Counted from the first letter of the stretch, positions 14,064-26,862 are shown. The stretch is DNA of 64,000 nucleotides from Felis catus (GCF_018350175.1 NC_058368.1:221714001-221778000); one strand, 5' to 3'. Notes: generated by a model not told the origin, from the sequence alone. Made by a program: numbers and translations.

Positions 14064-14086
14064 TGAGTGCTTAAAAGTTAAAATTT

Positions 14087-14306
14087 TTTTTTAATTTTTT
14101 TTCAACGTTTTTTATTTATTTTTGGGACAGAGAGAGACAGAGCATGAACGGGGGAGGATCAGAGAGAGGGAGACACAGAATCGGAAACAGGCTCCAGGCT
14201 CTGAGCCATCAGCCTAGAGCCCGACGCAGGGCTCGAACTCCCGGACCGCGAGATCGTGACCTGGCTGAAGTCGGACGCTTAACCGACTGCGCCACCCAGG
14301 CGCCCC
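14087..14306 (-). mobile_element. Young felid SINEC_Fc-type SINE
   Basis: CpG-rich, near-consensus (gtcggacgcttaaccgactgcgccacccaggcgcccc); TSD ttaaaa(g/t)ttaaaattt at 14071 and 14307. Confidence 0.96.
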
Positions 14307-14960
14307 TTAAAATTTAAAATTTATTAGTATAAAATAACTTTTTTGCTATTTGCTTTAATTGTTATTAAACATTACATGAATTAATTTACTACTGATCAGA
14401 ACAGCGTTACATGGAAAGTTGAAGTGATTCAATATTGTCAATCCTATATTCTGCTCTCTCTGTCTGGGGGTAAAGGAATGGTTTCTCTGTGAGTTACAGT
14501 CTCTCTGAACTTCAACATTTGGAGTGGTTACATTGTCATCCTGAACTTAAGTGATAAGTGAACAAATCCCAAGATGACTTCTACATATAAGAAGACTACT
14601 CTGGTTTTTGTTGGCTATATTGTTTCCTTGTTGCACATTTACCTAGTGCCCAAGTATAACCTCCTGTTCCTACCTCTTGGGTATTTAGTGTTTAATAGTG
14701 TAATAGTTTAATAGTAATAGTTTAATTGAGGAACTGGCATGCTATCCCAGCAGTGAAGAAGGTAGTGTTTTGAGGCTTACCTGCTCCAGATGAATGAGTC
14801 TTCCCAATGAAAGGAATAAGAAATTTCTGTCCTTTGCATTAGTTTGGAAAGAGTCATGGAGCATCGAGCAAAACAAGCTGATATAATGATGTTTAATTGT
14901 GTTTTTGTAAACACCTATAGAGTCACTTCTAAGAACTCTCAAATAACTTACATCGTTCTT

Positions 14961-15174
14961 TAAAATTGTTTTTAATATTTTTATTTATTTTTGAGAGGGA
15001 GAAAGAGTACAAGTGGGGGAAGGGGAGAGAGAGAGGAAGACACAGAATCCATAGAAAGGTCCAGGCTCTGAGGTGTCAACACAGAGCCTGACATGGGGCT
15101 CGAACTTGTGAACTGTGAGATCATGACCTGAGCCGAAGTCAGACACTTAACCAATTGAGCCACCCAGGTGCCCC
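14961..15174 (-). mobile_element. CAN-SINE (felid type)
   Basis: Ends gagccacccaggtgcccc; degenerate TSD taacttacatcgttctt / taacttatacggttctt. Confidence 0.93.
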
Positions 15175-15327
15175 TAACTTATACGGTTCTTAGTGAACCA
15201 CTTTTAAACTAAACTGAAGGTAATCTATTGTAACCAAGTACTAATTTTTTATTTTTTTTTAAATTCATTGTTTGGCACTCGGCTTTTTTTTTATTATTGA
15301 TTTATTGATCGATTGATTGATGTCCTA

Positions 15328-15582
15328 ATTTTATTTTTATTTTATTTTATTTTATTTTATTTTATTTTTTTAAATATAATTTATTGTCAACTTGACTAAC
15401 ATACAGTATGTAACGTGTGCTCTTGGTTTTTGGGGTAGATTCCCGTGGTTCACCGCTTACATACAACACCCAGTGCTCACCCAAACAAGGGCCCTCCTCA
15501 AAGTCCATCACCCATTTTCCCCTCTCCCCCACCTCCAATCCACCCTCAGTTTGTTCTCTGTATTTAAGAATCTCTCATGGTT
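15328..15582 (-). mobile_element. Felid-type L1 3' end (5'-truncated)
   Basis: (TTTTA)n tail; atttattgtcaa...catacaacacccagtgctca...ccctcagtttgttctctgtatttaagaatctc. Confidence 0.85.
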
Positions 15583-15957
15583 TAAATTCCTGTTAGTTAA
15601 CATACAGTATAATATTAGTTTCAGGTGTACAATTTAGTGATTCAACACTTCCATACAACACCCAGTGACCATCACAAGTGCCCTCCTTAATGTCCCTCTG
15701 CTATTTATCCCATCCAGCCAGCCACCGCCCCTCTGTTAACCATCACTTTGTTCTCTATAGTTAAGAGTCTGTTTCTTGGTTTGTTTCTTTCTGTTTTTCC
15801 CCTATGTTCATTTGTTTTGTTTCTTAAATTCCACATGAGTGAAATCATATGGTGTTTGTCTTTCTCTGACCTATTTTGCTTAGCATAATGCTCTCACTCC
15901 ATCCATATCATTGCAAATGGCAAGATTTCATTCTTTTTTTATAGTTGAGTAATATTT

Positions 15958-15994
<37 letters not shown>

Positions 15995-16080
15995 TGTGTC
16001 ACATCTTCTTTATCTATTCATTAGTCGGTAGGCTTTAGGCTATTTTCATAATTTGGTTATTGCAGATAATGCTATAACCA
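15583..16080 (-). mobile_element. Older carnivore L1 3' UTR fragment, with (TG)n at about 15960-15999
   Basis: gttagttaacatacagtataatattagtttcaggtgtacaatttagtgattcaacacttcc...gagtgaaatcatatggtgtttgtc...gcaaatggcaagatttcattc. Confidence 0.88.
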
Positions 16081-17779
16081 CATGTCAATACAAAGGACAA
16101 GATGAGTAATATAGTATTCTCCCTTTTACATTTTTGTTTTTAATATTAATATGAACCTTCACTAAGTATGCAGAAAAATATTTTCCTCTAAAAGTAGTAT
16201 GAAATGCTTTACGTTAATTTTTAAAAAAAAATTAAACTCAAATACTTAAAGGAGTGAATTAATAAATATTCCCATAAAAGCAAGATATACTGTCTTATTC
16301 ATCTTCGTCTTTCTTATTGAGCATATGGTGTGAATTAGGTAAAAATTTATTAAATTTGTCACTAAATATTTCTTAGCAGGTATAATACCTTTTCTTCAAA
16401 TATATCCTCAGAGAAGAACAACCCACAGCCTTTTAACTACTACATTTATAACTAAGATTAGAGAATTATTTAATATTTGTAGATTGTGTCTATACAGCAC
16501 ATGTGTAACTCAGTACTAGCAAAGATCTAGGTGATACCAGGAAAATCACTGTATAACAGAAGGGAGGAAAGAGGGAAATTTAGTCTTGAAAATGTTCATT
16601 CATACACCGTAAAGGAGAACATAGTTTTGATGAATCCTTAATATAGGTCCTCAGTGCCTATTTGTCAAATAATTATTAATGATGTTGCAAAGATTGATCA
16701 GGATGGTCATGATGGTGATAATGGATGATGAGGGATAATATGTTACTGCTCTTGACTATCACAAATGTTTGTGTACTTTCCTTCTAGAAGTTTCCTGGGA
16801 AAGACTGATGAATTAAAACCTATCATTCATCTCCTGATATAGCTACTATTCACCAAAGCATTCTTAAGATAAAGCGTTTGGTATCGAATGGGTGCTGAAA
16901 GTTATCATTTTTAAATTTTTTGACTATCTTTTAATATTTAGTTTGCTCCAGTATTGCACAGCCTTAAAGAAAAAGACTGAATGAATAACTGAATGAAAAA
17001 GAGAAATCCTTTTTTTTTCTTCAAAATTGGGCATTTACTGTTAATGCCTCCAAGAACAGGAACATTCTGTCCTTTTTATAACTTTGGATGTACATATCAC
17101 TCTCTTTATGCTCAGGAGAGATTTCCTTCTAACTATCTAACCATCCTTCTAGCCTTCTAACCATCTCCAACATAATTTGGATTGTCTTTAATGTTTTCTT
17201 TGTCACTGAATCCTTAGGTTAATTCAGTCTTGAGGCCTCGGGGTGCTCCTGTTGTCTTAATTGCAATTATTTTTGGTTGCTCAGTTTCTCAAATACTCTG
17301 TCCTAACTTAAAGTGTTCCTCATGCTGGTACATAGTTGTTGATTTTAAATAGCAATGCAAGTTACTTACAGCCTCTAGAGTTCAGTAAGCCGTCAAACCT
17401 TTTAGCTTTTCTATTGATAACCTAATCATGAAATTAATGCATCTATAGTAAGCAGATGAGCTAATGTAAGCCGTGTCGTGTTTTCTCTGGTGCACAAATC
17501 GATAAAGTTATCATAATGACTTTCAGTTCAAACATCTTGCTACTGGAAATGAATATAGCTTTTAAAATAGATTTTTAAAATATGTATCATTTGCACTGAG
17601 AGCTATACTGTTGCCCACCATTTTGGTTGTAGTAGTTACGTCATTTCCAGTGACAACCTATATTCACAGAATCATTGAGGAATGCCAAATTCTAGAGGAA
17701 AATGGAGTCCGCAGATGAAAGACATGACCTTGTGCTCTGTAAAACAAAGATGCCAGATTCATACTGTCTTATTTTCCAG

Positions 17780-17899
17780 GTGCATATGTGCTCCAGGTCA
17801 AGGCCACCGACGCGGATGACCCGACCTATGGAAACAGTGCCAGAGTCGTTTATAGCATTCTTCAGGGACAACCTTATTTCTCTATTGATCCCAAGACAG
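17780..17899 (+). CDS. CDH12: Cadherin-12 internal coding exon (120 nt, phase 1/1), EC2 domain
   Basis: Acceptor gtcttattttccAG|G, donor ACAG|gtaaat. Translates (G)[39 protein letters not shown](G), with the cadherin A-x-D-x-D motif. Matches type II cadherin-12 as I recall it and joins in frame to the next exon. Confidence 0.96.
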
Positions 17900-20800
17900 G
17901 TAAATTTTTTATTAGAGACAACATTATCACCACCCCTTTCAAATATTTAAACTTTAATTAAATCTTGGCATGGAAGTTACCTATTCTAAAAATGCAAATA
18001 AAGATGCAATGTGCTGTACATTAAGCAAAAGAAGATAGGATCTTACTTTGCTGCCATAGAATGATTTCCTCTAGATTGAATTTTGTGTAAATATAAGGCA
18101 TTTCACATGTATGTGTCAAGCCCCAATACCAAGATAAGGATTCTCTATGTGTTTTATTTTAATTTTTCAAAAGCCTAGGCATATTTGATTTTTTGTTCTT
18201 CTGGAATTAAAGTAGCTATTCATTTCAAGTTTTCTTGATTGGATTCAATTATAGTTAGTTTTGGGTCTTATCAACATGTGGTAAGATCACAGAGCTTCTA
18301 CTGCTATATTTACTAGAGGTTATGGATGTTTGATTTGGATTAATATAGACTTCTACTTCTAGCAGGGAAACGAAGAGGGTTGACAAATTTTAAACACCCA
18401 GATCACGATTCTTCTGGTCAATGCTTTTGAAGCTACTCTCATTTTTAGGTCAAAACATTTGAATGGAAGTTTTCAGAGCCAAATGTATAAGAATCTTTGG
18501 AAAGTATAGAAAAGACAGGATATTATGCACCAGAAGATTTTGTATTCCCTTGTAAATAAAATGAGGTCCCTCTGTTCTAGAGAATCTGTTTTTTGTATGC
18601 TAGATATTTTTTTAAGGAGATTTAGCCATGCTGACCAGTGATCAAAGTAGGTGTCCCATGTCACAGTTGAAATAGAACTCCACAGTGACAGCTATTTTAT
18701 GAACTCTTGTATGTTACATTATAATATATTGCATTTTGAATTCAATACTATTTATTACATTAGGTTAAAATAATGAAATGAACTGTTGACATACTTAACT
18801 AATGTTACTTTTTAAATTTCTAAATAAATTTGTAAAGAGCTGTATCAATTTGAAATAAGTTAATTTCAGACACTCTATATGCAAAGGAGCTAAACATTTT
18901 AAAATTAACACTTCTCCATAAATGTATGCTAAAATCTGGAATACCAATTAGATATAGGTTAATTAATAAATTAGCCATGTTTTAATGTCACCTAGAAACA
19001 TAAAGTCAATTAAGTGGAAACGGAACCTGCAAAAACTTTCTACAACTGAACCTGCTGTCTTCTCATTTCTTGCTCTCCTTGTTGATGCCATAGAGGGACA
19101 GAGGTCAGCAAAAAGTTACAGGAATAAGGCAGGAAGTTGCTCCCTTTTATAAACCTAAAAAAAGAGTAGTTTGTAATAAGGACAGCATCAGTCTTTTGAG
19201 AAGGGAACATCAGTGCTGAAGAGAATCTAGAAAAGTTTAAGACATAGAAGCTCTTTTGATTTGGAAAGAGGGTCAGAGACCCAAAGCCAGAGGAGTCAAT
19301 TGTTAAGAGCGAATGCGTGATGGAGAAATTACACCTACAATGTAAGTTATTTTCATTAAGTCTGGCAATGGGGATACGATATTTGGCAGTATCCGTGTTA
19401 AAGTGCTTTAACTGGGAAATCATATATATTTGTAGAGAAAACAGGGAAACATTGTTGAGGAAAGAATTTGGGGAAGTTGTTTATTGAAGTTTATGATGGC
19501 ACAAAATTCCAGAAGGGTGAAGACAATTTATAGACAAATATATAGACAAATACCTCAATATATAGACAAATACTGAAGGAAAATTATCTAAAATATTATA
19601 AATCCTTTCATCAGATGAACACATTATGCGTTACTTCTTCTATGATTACCCATATTTTCCAAATTTACCATAATGGATAATCTAACTAGAAACTAGTGTG
19701 GGCAATGTATGTGTCTTAGATCTCTTCAGCCTCTGAGAAGCACTGCTCAGAGTCAGAGGGGATGGACAAAGGAGAAAAGAAGGTATGTAGAGATTGATGG
19801 AGGGGAGGTTTGATATTAGAGTACACTTAGTGGGGTGTAGTGATTAACTCTATAGACAGAGTAGGTAAATTTATATACTCAGAATAAGTGTAGCAGAAGA
19901 AAGATAAAGAAACGATTATTGATGGAATAACTATTGATGTACTGAGTATCTAAAAAGTATGGTAAAATCATATAACGATGAATTTAAGTAGAGATCATGG
20001 ATTAAGCATAGAATTATTACGGTCAAATTAATTACGACTCAACAGACAATAATTATATGAGTCAAAACAGTTTCTGTCCCCTTGGCTTTACTTGTTCAAT
20101 ATCAACTTTAGATGCATTCTAAAGCCTTTGGAAAGTATTACCTTATAGGAGAGCCTGTATATTCATAGTATGCCTTTAATAACTATGTATTTCTATCTTA
20201 TGCGATGCTTATTAGTTAGAACTAAAGGTGAAACAATTCTGGCATAAACAATGAAATAGATTTTTTGAAGCATTGATTTTCACTGGAGACAGAAATCTTG
20301 GTACTAACAGTGCCTCAGACCACTAGGCAGGAAAAGAGTGGATGATGAGGCCCTTCATTAATAGAATGATAACTAGTTGCTCATGCACAGCGACCATTAA
20401 GAAGACTTTTTGTCAAATTTATCACCTTGTGGTACATAAGAGTAAATCAAGAATCAAGGATAATTGCAATTTCTCAGAAATAGTCTCCATTTGTTCCAGC
20501 CGTATAGCTTCCTTTTATGATTCCTTTTGCTGTTATTAAATACAATGCATGAAAAACTAATATTATCTAAAATTTTCCACATTTGAGTATAGAATACACT
20601 TTAAAATAATTTTTAAAGGAAGAGTCTCATCAGAACTTCTGGTGCCTAAATATTTATGAAGAAATAAATATAACCATTTATTATTCATTAGGAATAAGAA
20701 AATAAAAAAAATATTACCTTAGTGATATTGCTTTTTGACAAACATTCTAAAGCATCTCTACCCAAGTGAGTATAGCAAGCTTATTTAGAAGCAATATAAA

Positions 20801-21451
20801 TTGATGCGGTCTATGAAATAGACTCAGAAATAATAGTTCTCTTTAAAATTGGCTAATTTTGCAATTATTGGGCTTAACTATGAAACTATTCACTGTGAAT
20901 TAAAATTCACATATATTCATATACATATACCTCAAATTATTATTAAATATTAAAAAACTTCAAATGTAGATAAATCTATAAAGCATTAAATAACATTAAT
21001 ATTCATTATACTTATTTATAAATCATTAAAATGTTTGTCATATTAGCATGTTATATTACATTGTGTACATTTTTATGCTTAATGTATTTGTGCATTAGAA
21101 AAATATCCCTAATCTATGAAACATTAAACATAGGCTTTATAATATTTTATCAAGTGCATGAAATAAGGATGCTAAATATTTCTATAACGTTGATAATAGG
21201 ATTATTTAGGAAAACAAATATTAGTATAAGTGATGGACCTCATGTCTTAATTTGCCTTTAAAATTCTTTTAAAGTATTTAAATTGTTCCCCAAATGATTT
21301 CAGAAACTCATCTGAGTTGGGTAACTAGATATTGCTATTTTGTGTATCATGTGGTGGTGATGTGCTATAATTTTCCAAATTATCTGAGACCTAATTGAGA
21401 AAGCATCATCATTTACTTCACTTCAACACCTTTTTAAACCTATAAACTTAA

Positions 21452-21590
21452 ATTTTTCTTGTGATAAAATATACATAACATAAAATTTACCATAGTAACC
21501 ATTTTAAGGGTACAGTTGAGTGGCATTAAAAATATCCACATTGTTGTGCAAACATTGCTACGGCCCTTTTCCAGAATTTTTCCATCACTA
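21452..21590 (-). mobile_element. Old eutherian L1 (L1MA/L1MB-like) 3' terminus
   Basis: tgtgataaaatatacataacataaaatttaccat...tacagttgagtggcatt...cacattgttgtgcaa. Confidence 0.8.
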
Positions 21591-22489
21591 TCTTTTCATT
21601 TATGTGCATTGTCAAAAACAATGTATAAGTTTTTATTTTACGTATTTATATGTGCATTTCTAGAATCCATATGAAAACAGTTGAGTGGGTCTTAGAGTTG
21701 AACACATGAGCTATATATTTTTCCCTTTTATTCACCATTCTGATATTTCATGCTCTGTAATTCTGTCTTAGCTTATGTTTAGGGAGATCTGATAAGTGTC
21801 GCTGAAAGAATTGACACTTTCTCAAGATTTTTACTCTTTGAGTCTATCACCTTTGATTCAATAATTGTAATCTGCAAGCCTCTATTTCCTAAGTGAAACC
21901 TCCTTACATATTCTGACTGATGTTTATTCTTACAGGTCTTCAAAAATGTGTTGGTGTTTTAAAGCCCCATAGTATAATCGAAGCATGGGTTAGACTATAT
22001 TTTGAGCTAATTCTTGATACTAGTATATAAATATTTACAATGTTTTGTGGTTTGAAATGCCTTTGATATTTATTCAGCATCGAGTCTTTAAGGATTCAGA
22101 CACCTGAGCACTGAGGTGCCTGATGAAACAAAGATAGAGTATCTTCTTTCTTCAAGGGGAAAATAAGAGTGTTTACCTACACAAAGTCATCATGCCTTTA
22201 ATAAGTTTTGCACGAAGACGAAGTCTGATTGTGGATCTGTTGAGAGCAAGGAAAGCAATAGGTGCTGATAAATATAAGGGAGAAAAATGTGTCACGGAAA
22301 TAGACAATTAGGAAGCAATTCTATCACATATTACCTATTTTGTAATATTTTGCATATGAGTAGTAAAACTACATGTCTCAAAATGTGCCCCAGTGAATGG
22401 TTCCCTTGTATTCTGCATCATCTCACTTCCCAAGAACTCTGTGTGAACTCCACTTGCCTTATTTTAGAAATCATGGATTGCACACATCA

Positions 22490-22800
22490 GCAGGTAGAAC
22501 TGAGGATGTTTGGCCTTGAAAGGAAAATACTCCAGGGACATGTGATACATGCCTTTAGTAAGTTGTAGAGCTGTTATGTAGGAGAGAAACCGGCTGTGTT
22601 CTGTGCTGCTTGAGAGGAAACTGGCTATCAATGGCTGGTGTGAGTTACAGGAAGAAAGAATTTTGGTGTGGTTTCATATGCATAAAAAAAGATGTTAATA
22701 CTTGTCCATAAATAAGAGGAGTGCTTCATGAGATTGTGAGCTTCCCATTACTGGAAGGGTGAAAGTAGATGATGAGCAATGAGCTAGTGATGCTGGAGAT
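22490..22800 (+). mobile_element. CR1/L3 LINE 3' fragment
   Basis: gaactgaggatgtttggccttgaaagg...gtgttctgtgctgc...gttacaggaagaaagaattt...gtgagcttcccattactggaag follows the L3 consensus order. Confidence 0.7.
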
Positions 22801-23131
22801 GACTATTCACGTCATGCATGTTTATGTATAACCAGTGGCCTCACAGTGTTTTGCTATTCAGAAACCAAGATGAAACAGTTACATCCTCAAATGGATCCCC
22901 AGTTACTGGGGGGAGGTCATCGGGTCCTTAGACAATTAGACTTGGATTTCGTAGGATAAAATTCTCTGATCCATAGTCTGACTGCTGGGCTCTGGGATGG
23001 ACTGAGGGCAAACTTCCTGAGGACAGAGGCGCTGGGAAGTGGTGTCTGATTCCTAAACAATAGTTAAAGTGTGCTATTGGTGGGAAGATGGTCTCTAAAT
23101 GTTCTTCCTACTGAAGATTACCTGATGACTC

Positions 23132-23300
23132 TTCTTGAGATCAAAATACGTCATTGGATTATTGGCAACATTTTTAAAAAAAAAAATTATATACCTCGTC
23201 TCTGTAGTGATAAAATATACATAAAGTTCTTGAGCTCAAAATACATTATTGGATTATTGGCAACAATTTTTTTAATTATACACCTCATCTGTGTAGGGAT
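23132..23300. repeat. Diverged tandem duplication, about 95-bp period
   Basis: ttcttgag(a/c)tcaaaatac..cattggattattggcaaca...aattata(t/c)acctc(g/a)tct(c/g)tgtag starts at 23132 and again at 23227. Confidence 0.85.
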
Positions 23301-23889
23301 GGATACAACATTTTTGTTACTACTTTTAAAGATTGCACTAGCTTTTAAAAAACCCATTTCACATTTTAGACTGATTTAAGACTGTAATGAAAAGCAACTC
23401 AGTAACTTTTCATATAAACTGCTGCAAAAGCAGGTCTTATACAACTGTTTTTAAATATCATTTAGTTGTGGAATTGAAAAAAAAATAAATTTTACATTGT
23501 CACTGCTGAAGTTAAAGTTCTCATTTCTAACCATAATTATTTTTTTCTATTCTACCATCTATTAGCAATTCCTAAAAGAATTAAGGATTAAAATATATTT
23601 TCCAATGCTTCCTTCAAATTCATGTGTTAAAAGGTTAATCAGGACATGGCCAACACTAGAGTCTGTGATCTCCAAAGAGATCATTTTCAGGTGCAAAAAT
23701 AACATTTAATCAGATTTTTTTTCATAACACAGCTGCTATAATAAACATAGATCTATACTAACTACTCCATCTCATTCAGAATTATATCATAAGTATTCTC
23801 ATGCTCAACCATCAATAATGACCAAGAATACTAGGTCATTGAAGGATGTATGGGAATTTTCCCTGTGTTACCAAGCTTATTATTATACA

Positions 23890-24790
23890 TTGACTTATGG
23901 CTTTTATTAATATTTTGTGTGCCCACCATATGCTTCACATTGACCTAGACCTAGGTATCCTACAGGGAAGAAAAAAATAAAGACAAAATTCCCACCTTCA
24001 GGAATACACATTTTATTTGGGAAAACACAGAACAAACACAATAAGTAAGAAAACTATACTACAAAGTTTTGAATAGCAGTAAAGGCTAAGGAGAAAATGA
24101 TAAAGTAGATAAAGAGCATAGGAGATGCTGGGTAAGGTTATATGTGGTATGCAAAATAGTGATCTTCCAAGTATGTCTATGTCCTAATCCCTGGGACCTG
24201 TGATTATGTTATATTACGATTATGTTATGTTTAATGAAGACAATTAAAGTTGCAGATGGAATTAAGGTTGTTTTCTCACCTGCAGATAAGGTGTGGAGAT
24301 TATCCTGTATTGTCTATGTAGACCCAATTTAATTACATGTGTTCCTAAAAGTGTAAAAGGAAGGTGGGCAAGTCAAAGTCCAAGAAAGATTTGAAGATGC
24401 AGAAAAGTAAGACATCTTTCAGAAGATAAAAAAGCCTTCAGAAAGAAATGCTTCCTGCCCACACCCTTGATTTTGGTCCTCAAGACCCATGTTGGACTTT
24501 GGTCCTCCCTCATTTTAAGACAGTAAGTTCGTGCTGTTTTTAGGGCACTTAGTCTGTGGCAATTTATTACAGAAGCAATAGGAAACTAAGTCAATATAGA
24601 ATTCTAGATAGAATGGCCAACAAAGTCCTATGGAGATGACTTTGAGAAAAGATGTGAAGGAAAGAGAGGAGCTACTTATGAGTAAACCACAGGAAGAACA
24701 TTCCCCACAGATGGAAGACAGTGTGACCAGAAATCTAGTGACCAAAGAAGAGAGTTGTGGAAGAGAAGATCAGAGAGTTAAGTGGAAAGG
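23890..24790 (-). mobile_element. L2 3' fragment interrupted by an MLT1 LTR
   Basis: L2 tail-like tgtgcccaccatatgc...aaagacaaaattcccaccttcagg; resumes after 24593 (gagatgactttgagaaaagatgtgaagga...gaagaacattcc). Confidence 0.6.
24143..24593 (+). mobile_element. MaLR solo LTR (MLT1D/E-like)
   Basis: TG...CA termini; gtcctaatccctgggacctgtga, gttgcagatggaattaaggttg, gagattatcctg, cacccttgattttg, tgtggcaatttattacagaagcaataggaaactaa. Confidence 0.85.
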
Positions 24791-25002
24791 TGGAGAAGTT
24801 TTCACTCTGAGTGAGTTGGAGTTTAGTTTGGGCAGGGTTGTATGGTTCATGCTCTGACCTCACTGCCATGACTTCCCTTTTACGAACAGAATAAATGGCC
24901 CAGGACTTCTTTGGACTCTAATCCTCAGTAAGTGTAAAATTGAGCCATTCATCCATTGTTCCTCATTCTCTCTCTCAATAGTCGCAAAGTAATAATTAAC
25001 AT

Positions 25003-25503
25003 TTTTTCCAGCCTTATTGGGATGTATTTGATGTACAACATTGTAGAAATTTAAGATATACAATGTGTTGATTTGATATACTTAAATATTGCCAAATGAT
25101 CACCACCATAGTGTTGGCCAACACCTCCATCCTGTCCCATAATGACCGTTTCTTTTCTGCGGTAAGAACTTTTAAGAGCTACTCTCTCAGCAACTTTCAA
25201 GTATATAACAGAGTAATATTAACTATAATCATCATGCTGTACATGAGATCCCCAGGAGGCATCCATCTCATAACTGGAAATTTGTGCCTTCGACAAACGT
25301 CTCCCATTTCCCCCAGCCCACAGGTCCTGGAAACCACCATTTTACTTTGTTTAGATGAGTTCAGCTGTTTTAGATCCTACCTATAAATAATACTGTAGAG
25401 CATTTCTCTTTCCCTGCCTTTCTTATTTTACTTAGCATAATGCCCTCAATGTTCATCCATGCCTTCACTCTCCTCACTAAATAATATTCCTGTGCGCGCG
25501 CGC

Positions 25504-25547
<44 letters not shown>

Positions 25548-26152
25548 TATTTGTTATCCAATCATCTGTTAATGGATGTTTAGGTTGTTTTATCTTGGCT
25601 TTTTGTAAATAATGTTATAGTGACCATGAAGGTGCCAGTACCTCTTTGAGATCCTATTTTCATTTTCTCTGGATATATACACAAAAGTGAGATCCTTGGA
25701 AAAGATGGTAGCGCTATTTTTAATTCTTTGAGGAACCCCCACACAGTTTTTCACAGTAGCTGCACTATTTTATGCCCCCAGTATTCCCTTTCCTTCACAC
25801 CCTGACAATATTGGTTATCTCTTGCCTTTTTGAGGACAGTCATTCTAACAAGTGTGAGGAGGTAATCCTTTGATTTTCATGTCTCTGATGATTGTTGATG
25901 GTGAGCACATTTTCGTGGACTTGTTGGACATTTGTATAACTTCTTTGGGAAATGTTGAGTTCCTCTGCCCGTTTTCAAGTCAGCTTGTTTGCTTTTTGTT
26001 ACTGAGTTGTATGAATTCTTGTATATTTTGAATATTAACCCCTTATCAGGTGGTTTGCAAATATTTTCTCTCATTCCACAGGTTGCCTTTTCATTTTGTT
26101 GATAGTATCTTTTGCTGTGTGGAAGCGTTTTAGCTTGATCCCACTTGTTGAT
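25003..26152 (-). mobile_element. L1 (L1MA9-like) 3' UTR and end of ORF2
   Basis: ...tactctctcagcaactttcaagtatataac...tttacttagcataatgccctc...gaatattaaccccttatcag...tggtttgcaaatattttctctcattcc. ORF 25877..26074 (-) is L1 ORF2-like. Confidence 0.9.
25491..25546. repeat. Compound (TG)2(CG)6(TG)20 microsatellite
   Basis: Direct reading; 56 bp of perfect purine-pyrimidine alternation. Confidence 0.95.
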
Positions 26153-26199
26153 CTGCCAGATGCATTCCAGAGGGTTTATTTATCTTTGAAGCCACCATG

Positions 26200-26600
26200 T
26201 TACTTCTTCTTGTCCCCTCTCTGGTTTTATTTTGCCCTGTCCTTCCCCCGTAGCAGCATAAATCGACTCTTCTGATATACAGCCACATCGACTCTTCTGT
26301 ATGCTTTGAGGGACTATGCCTGCTTCTACAAAGTACTTTCCTGCTTCCTTCCCTGGGATGCTCCTTCTTGTGATCTTTCCAGGTCTGCCGCCTCCAGTTC
26401 TCTGAGTTTGCAACTGTAAAGCCTTTTCTCAGAGAGAACTTTTCTGACACTACTTTCAAAGGCACTTGATTTCACTTTCCTCATAACACAAATCACCATC
26501 TGAAATTAACTTAATTATGTGAGTACTTCTTTATGGTCTCCTCGGTATCCCATAAACATAGACCCATTAAGTGTACATTCCGTGAAATAACCTTGTACAG
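26200..26600 (+). mobile_element. L2 fragment
   Basis: Pyrimidine-rich ccttccctgggatgctccttc...ttctcagagagaacttttctgacac...caccatctgaaatt. Confidence 0.5.
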
Positions 26601-26610
26601 AGAGTGTATC

Positions 26611-26862
26611 TTTTTTATTTATTTATTTTTATTTATTTTTTAATATGAAATTTATTGTCAAATTGGTTTCCATACAACACCCAGTGCTCATCCCAACAGG
26701 TGCCCTCCTCAATGCCCATCGCCCACTTACCCCTCCCTCCCACTCCCCATCAGTTCTCAGTTTATTCTCAGTTTTTAAGAGTCTCTTATGTTTTGGCTCC
26801 CTCCCTCTCTAACTTTTGTTTTTGTTTTTTTTTCCCTTCCCCTCCCCCATGGTCTTCTGTTA
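26611..26862 (-). mobile_element. Felid L1 3' end (about 250 bp, 5'-truncated)
   Basis: aatatgaaatttattgtcaaattggtttccatacaacacccagtgctcatccc...; possible TSD gtgtatc. Confidence 0.88.

Noticed and set aside
17702..17950. ORF 17702..17950 (+, 82 aa) overlapping the first cadherin exon
   Set aside because: It is an alternative frame of the real exon. The cadherin frame fits the splice sites, and this product has no recognisable features.
19529..19573. Three copies of tatagacaaata; similar 12-13 bp doublets at about 26257, 37533 and 54102
   Set aside because: Ordinary short slippage duplications in AT-rich DNA.
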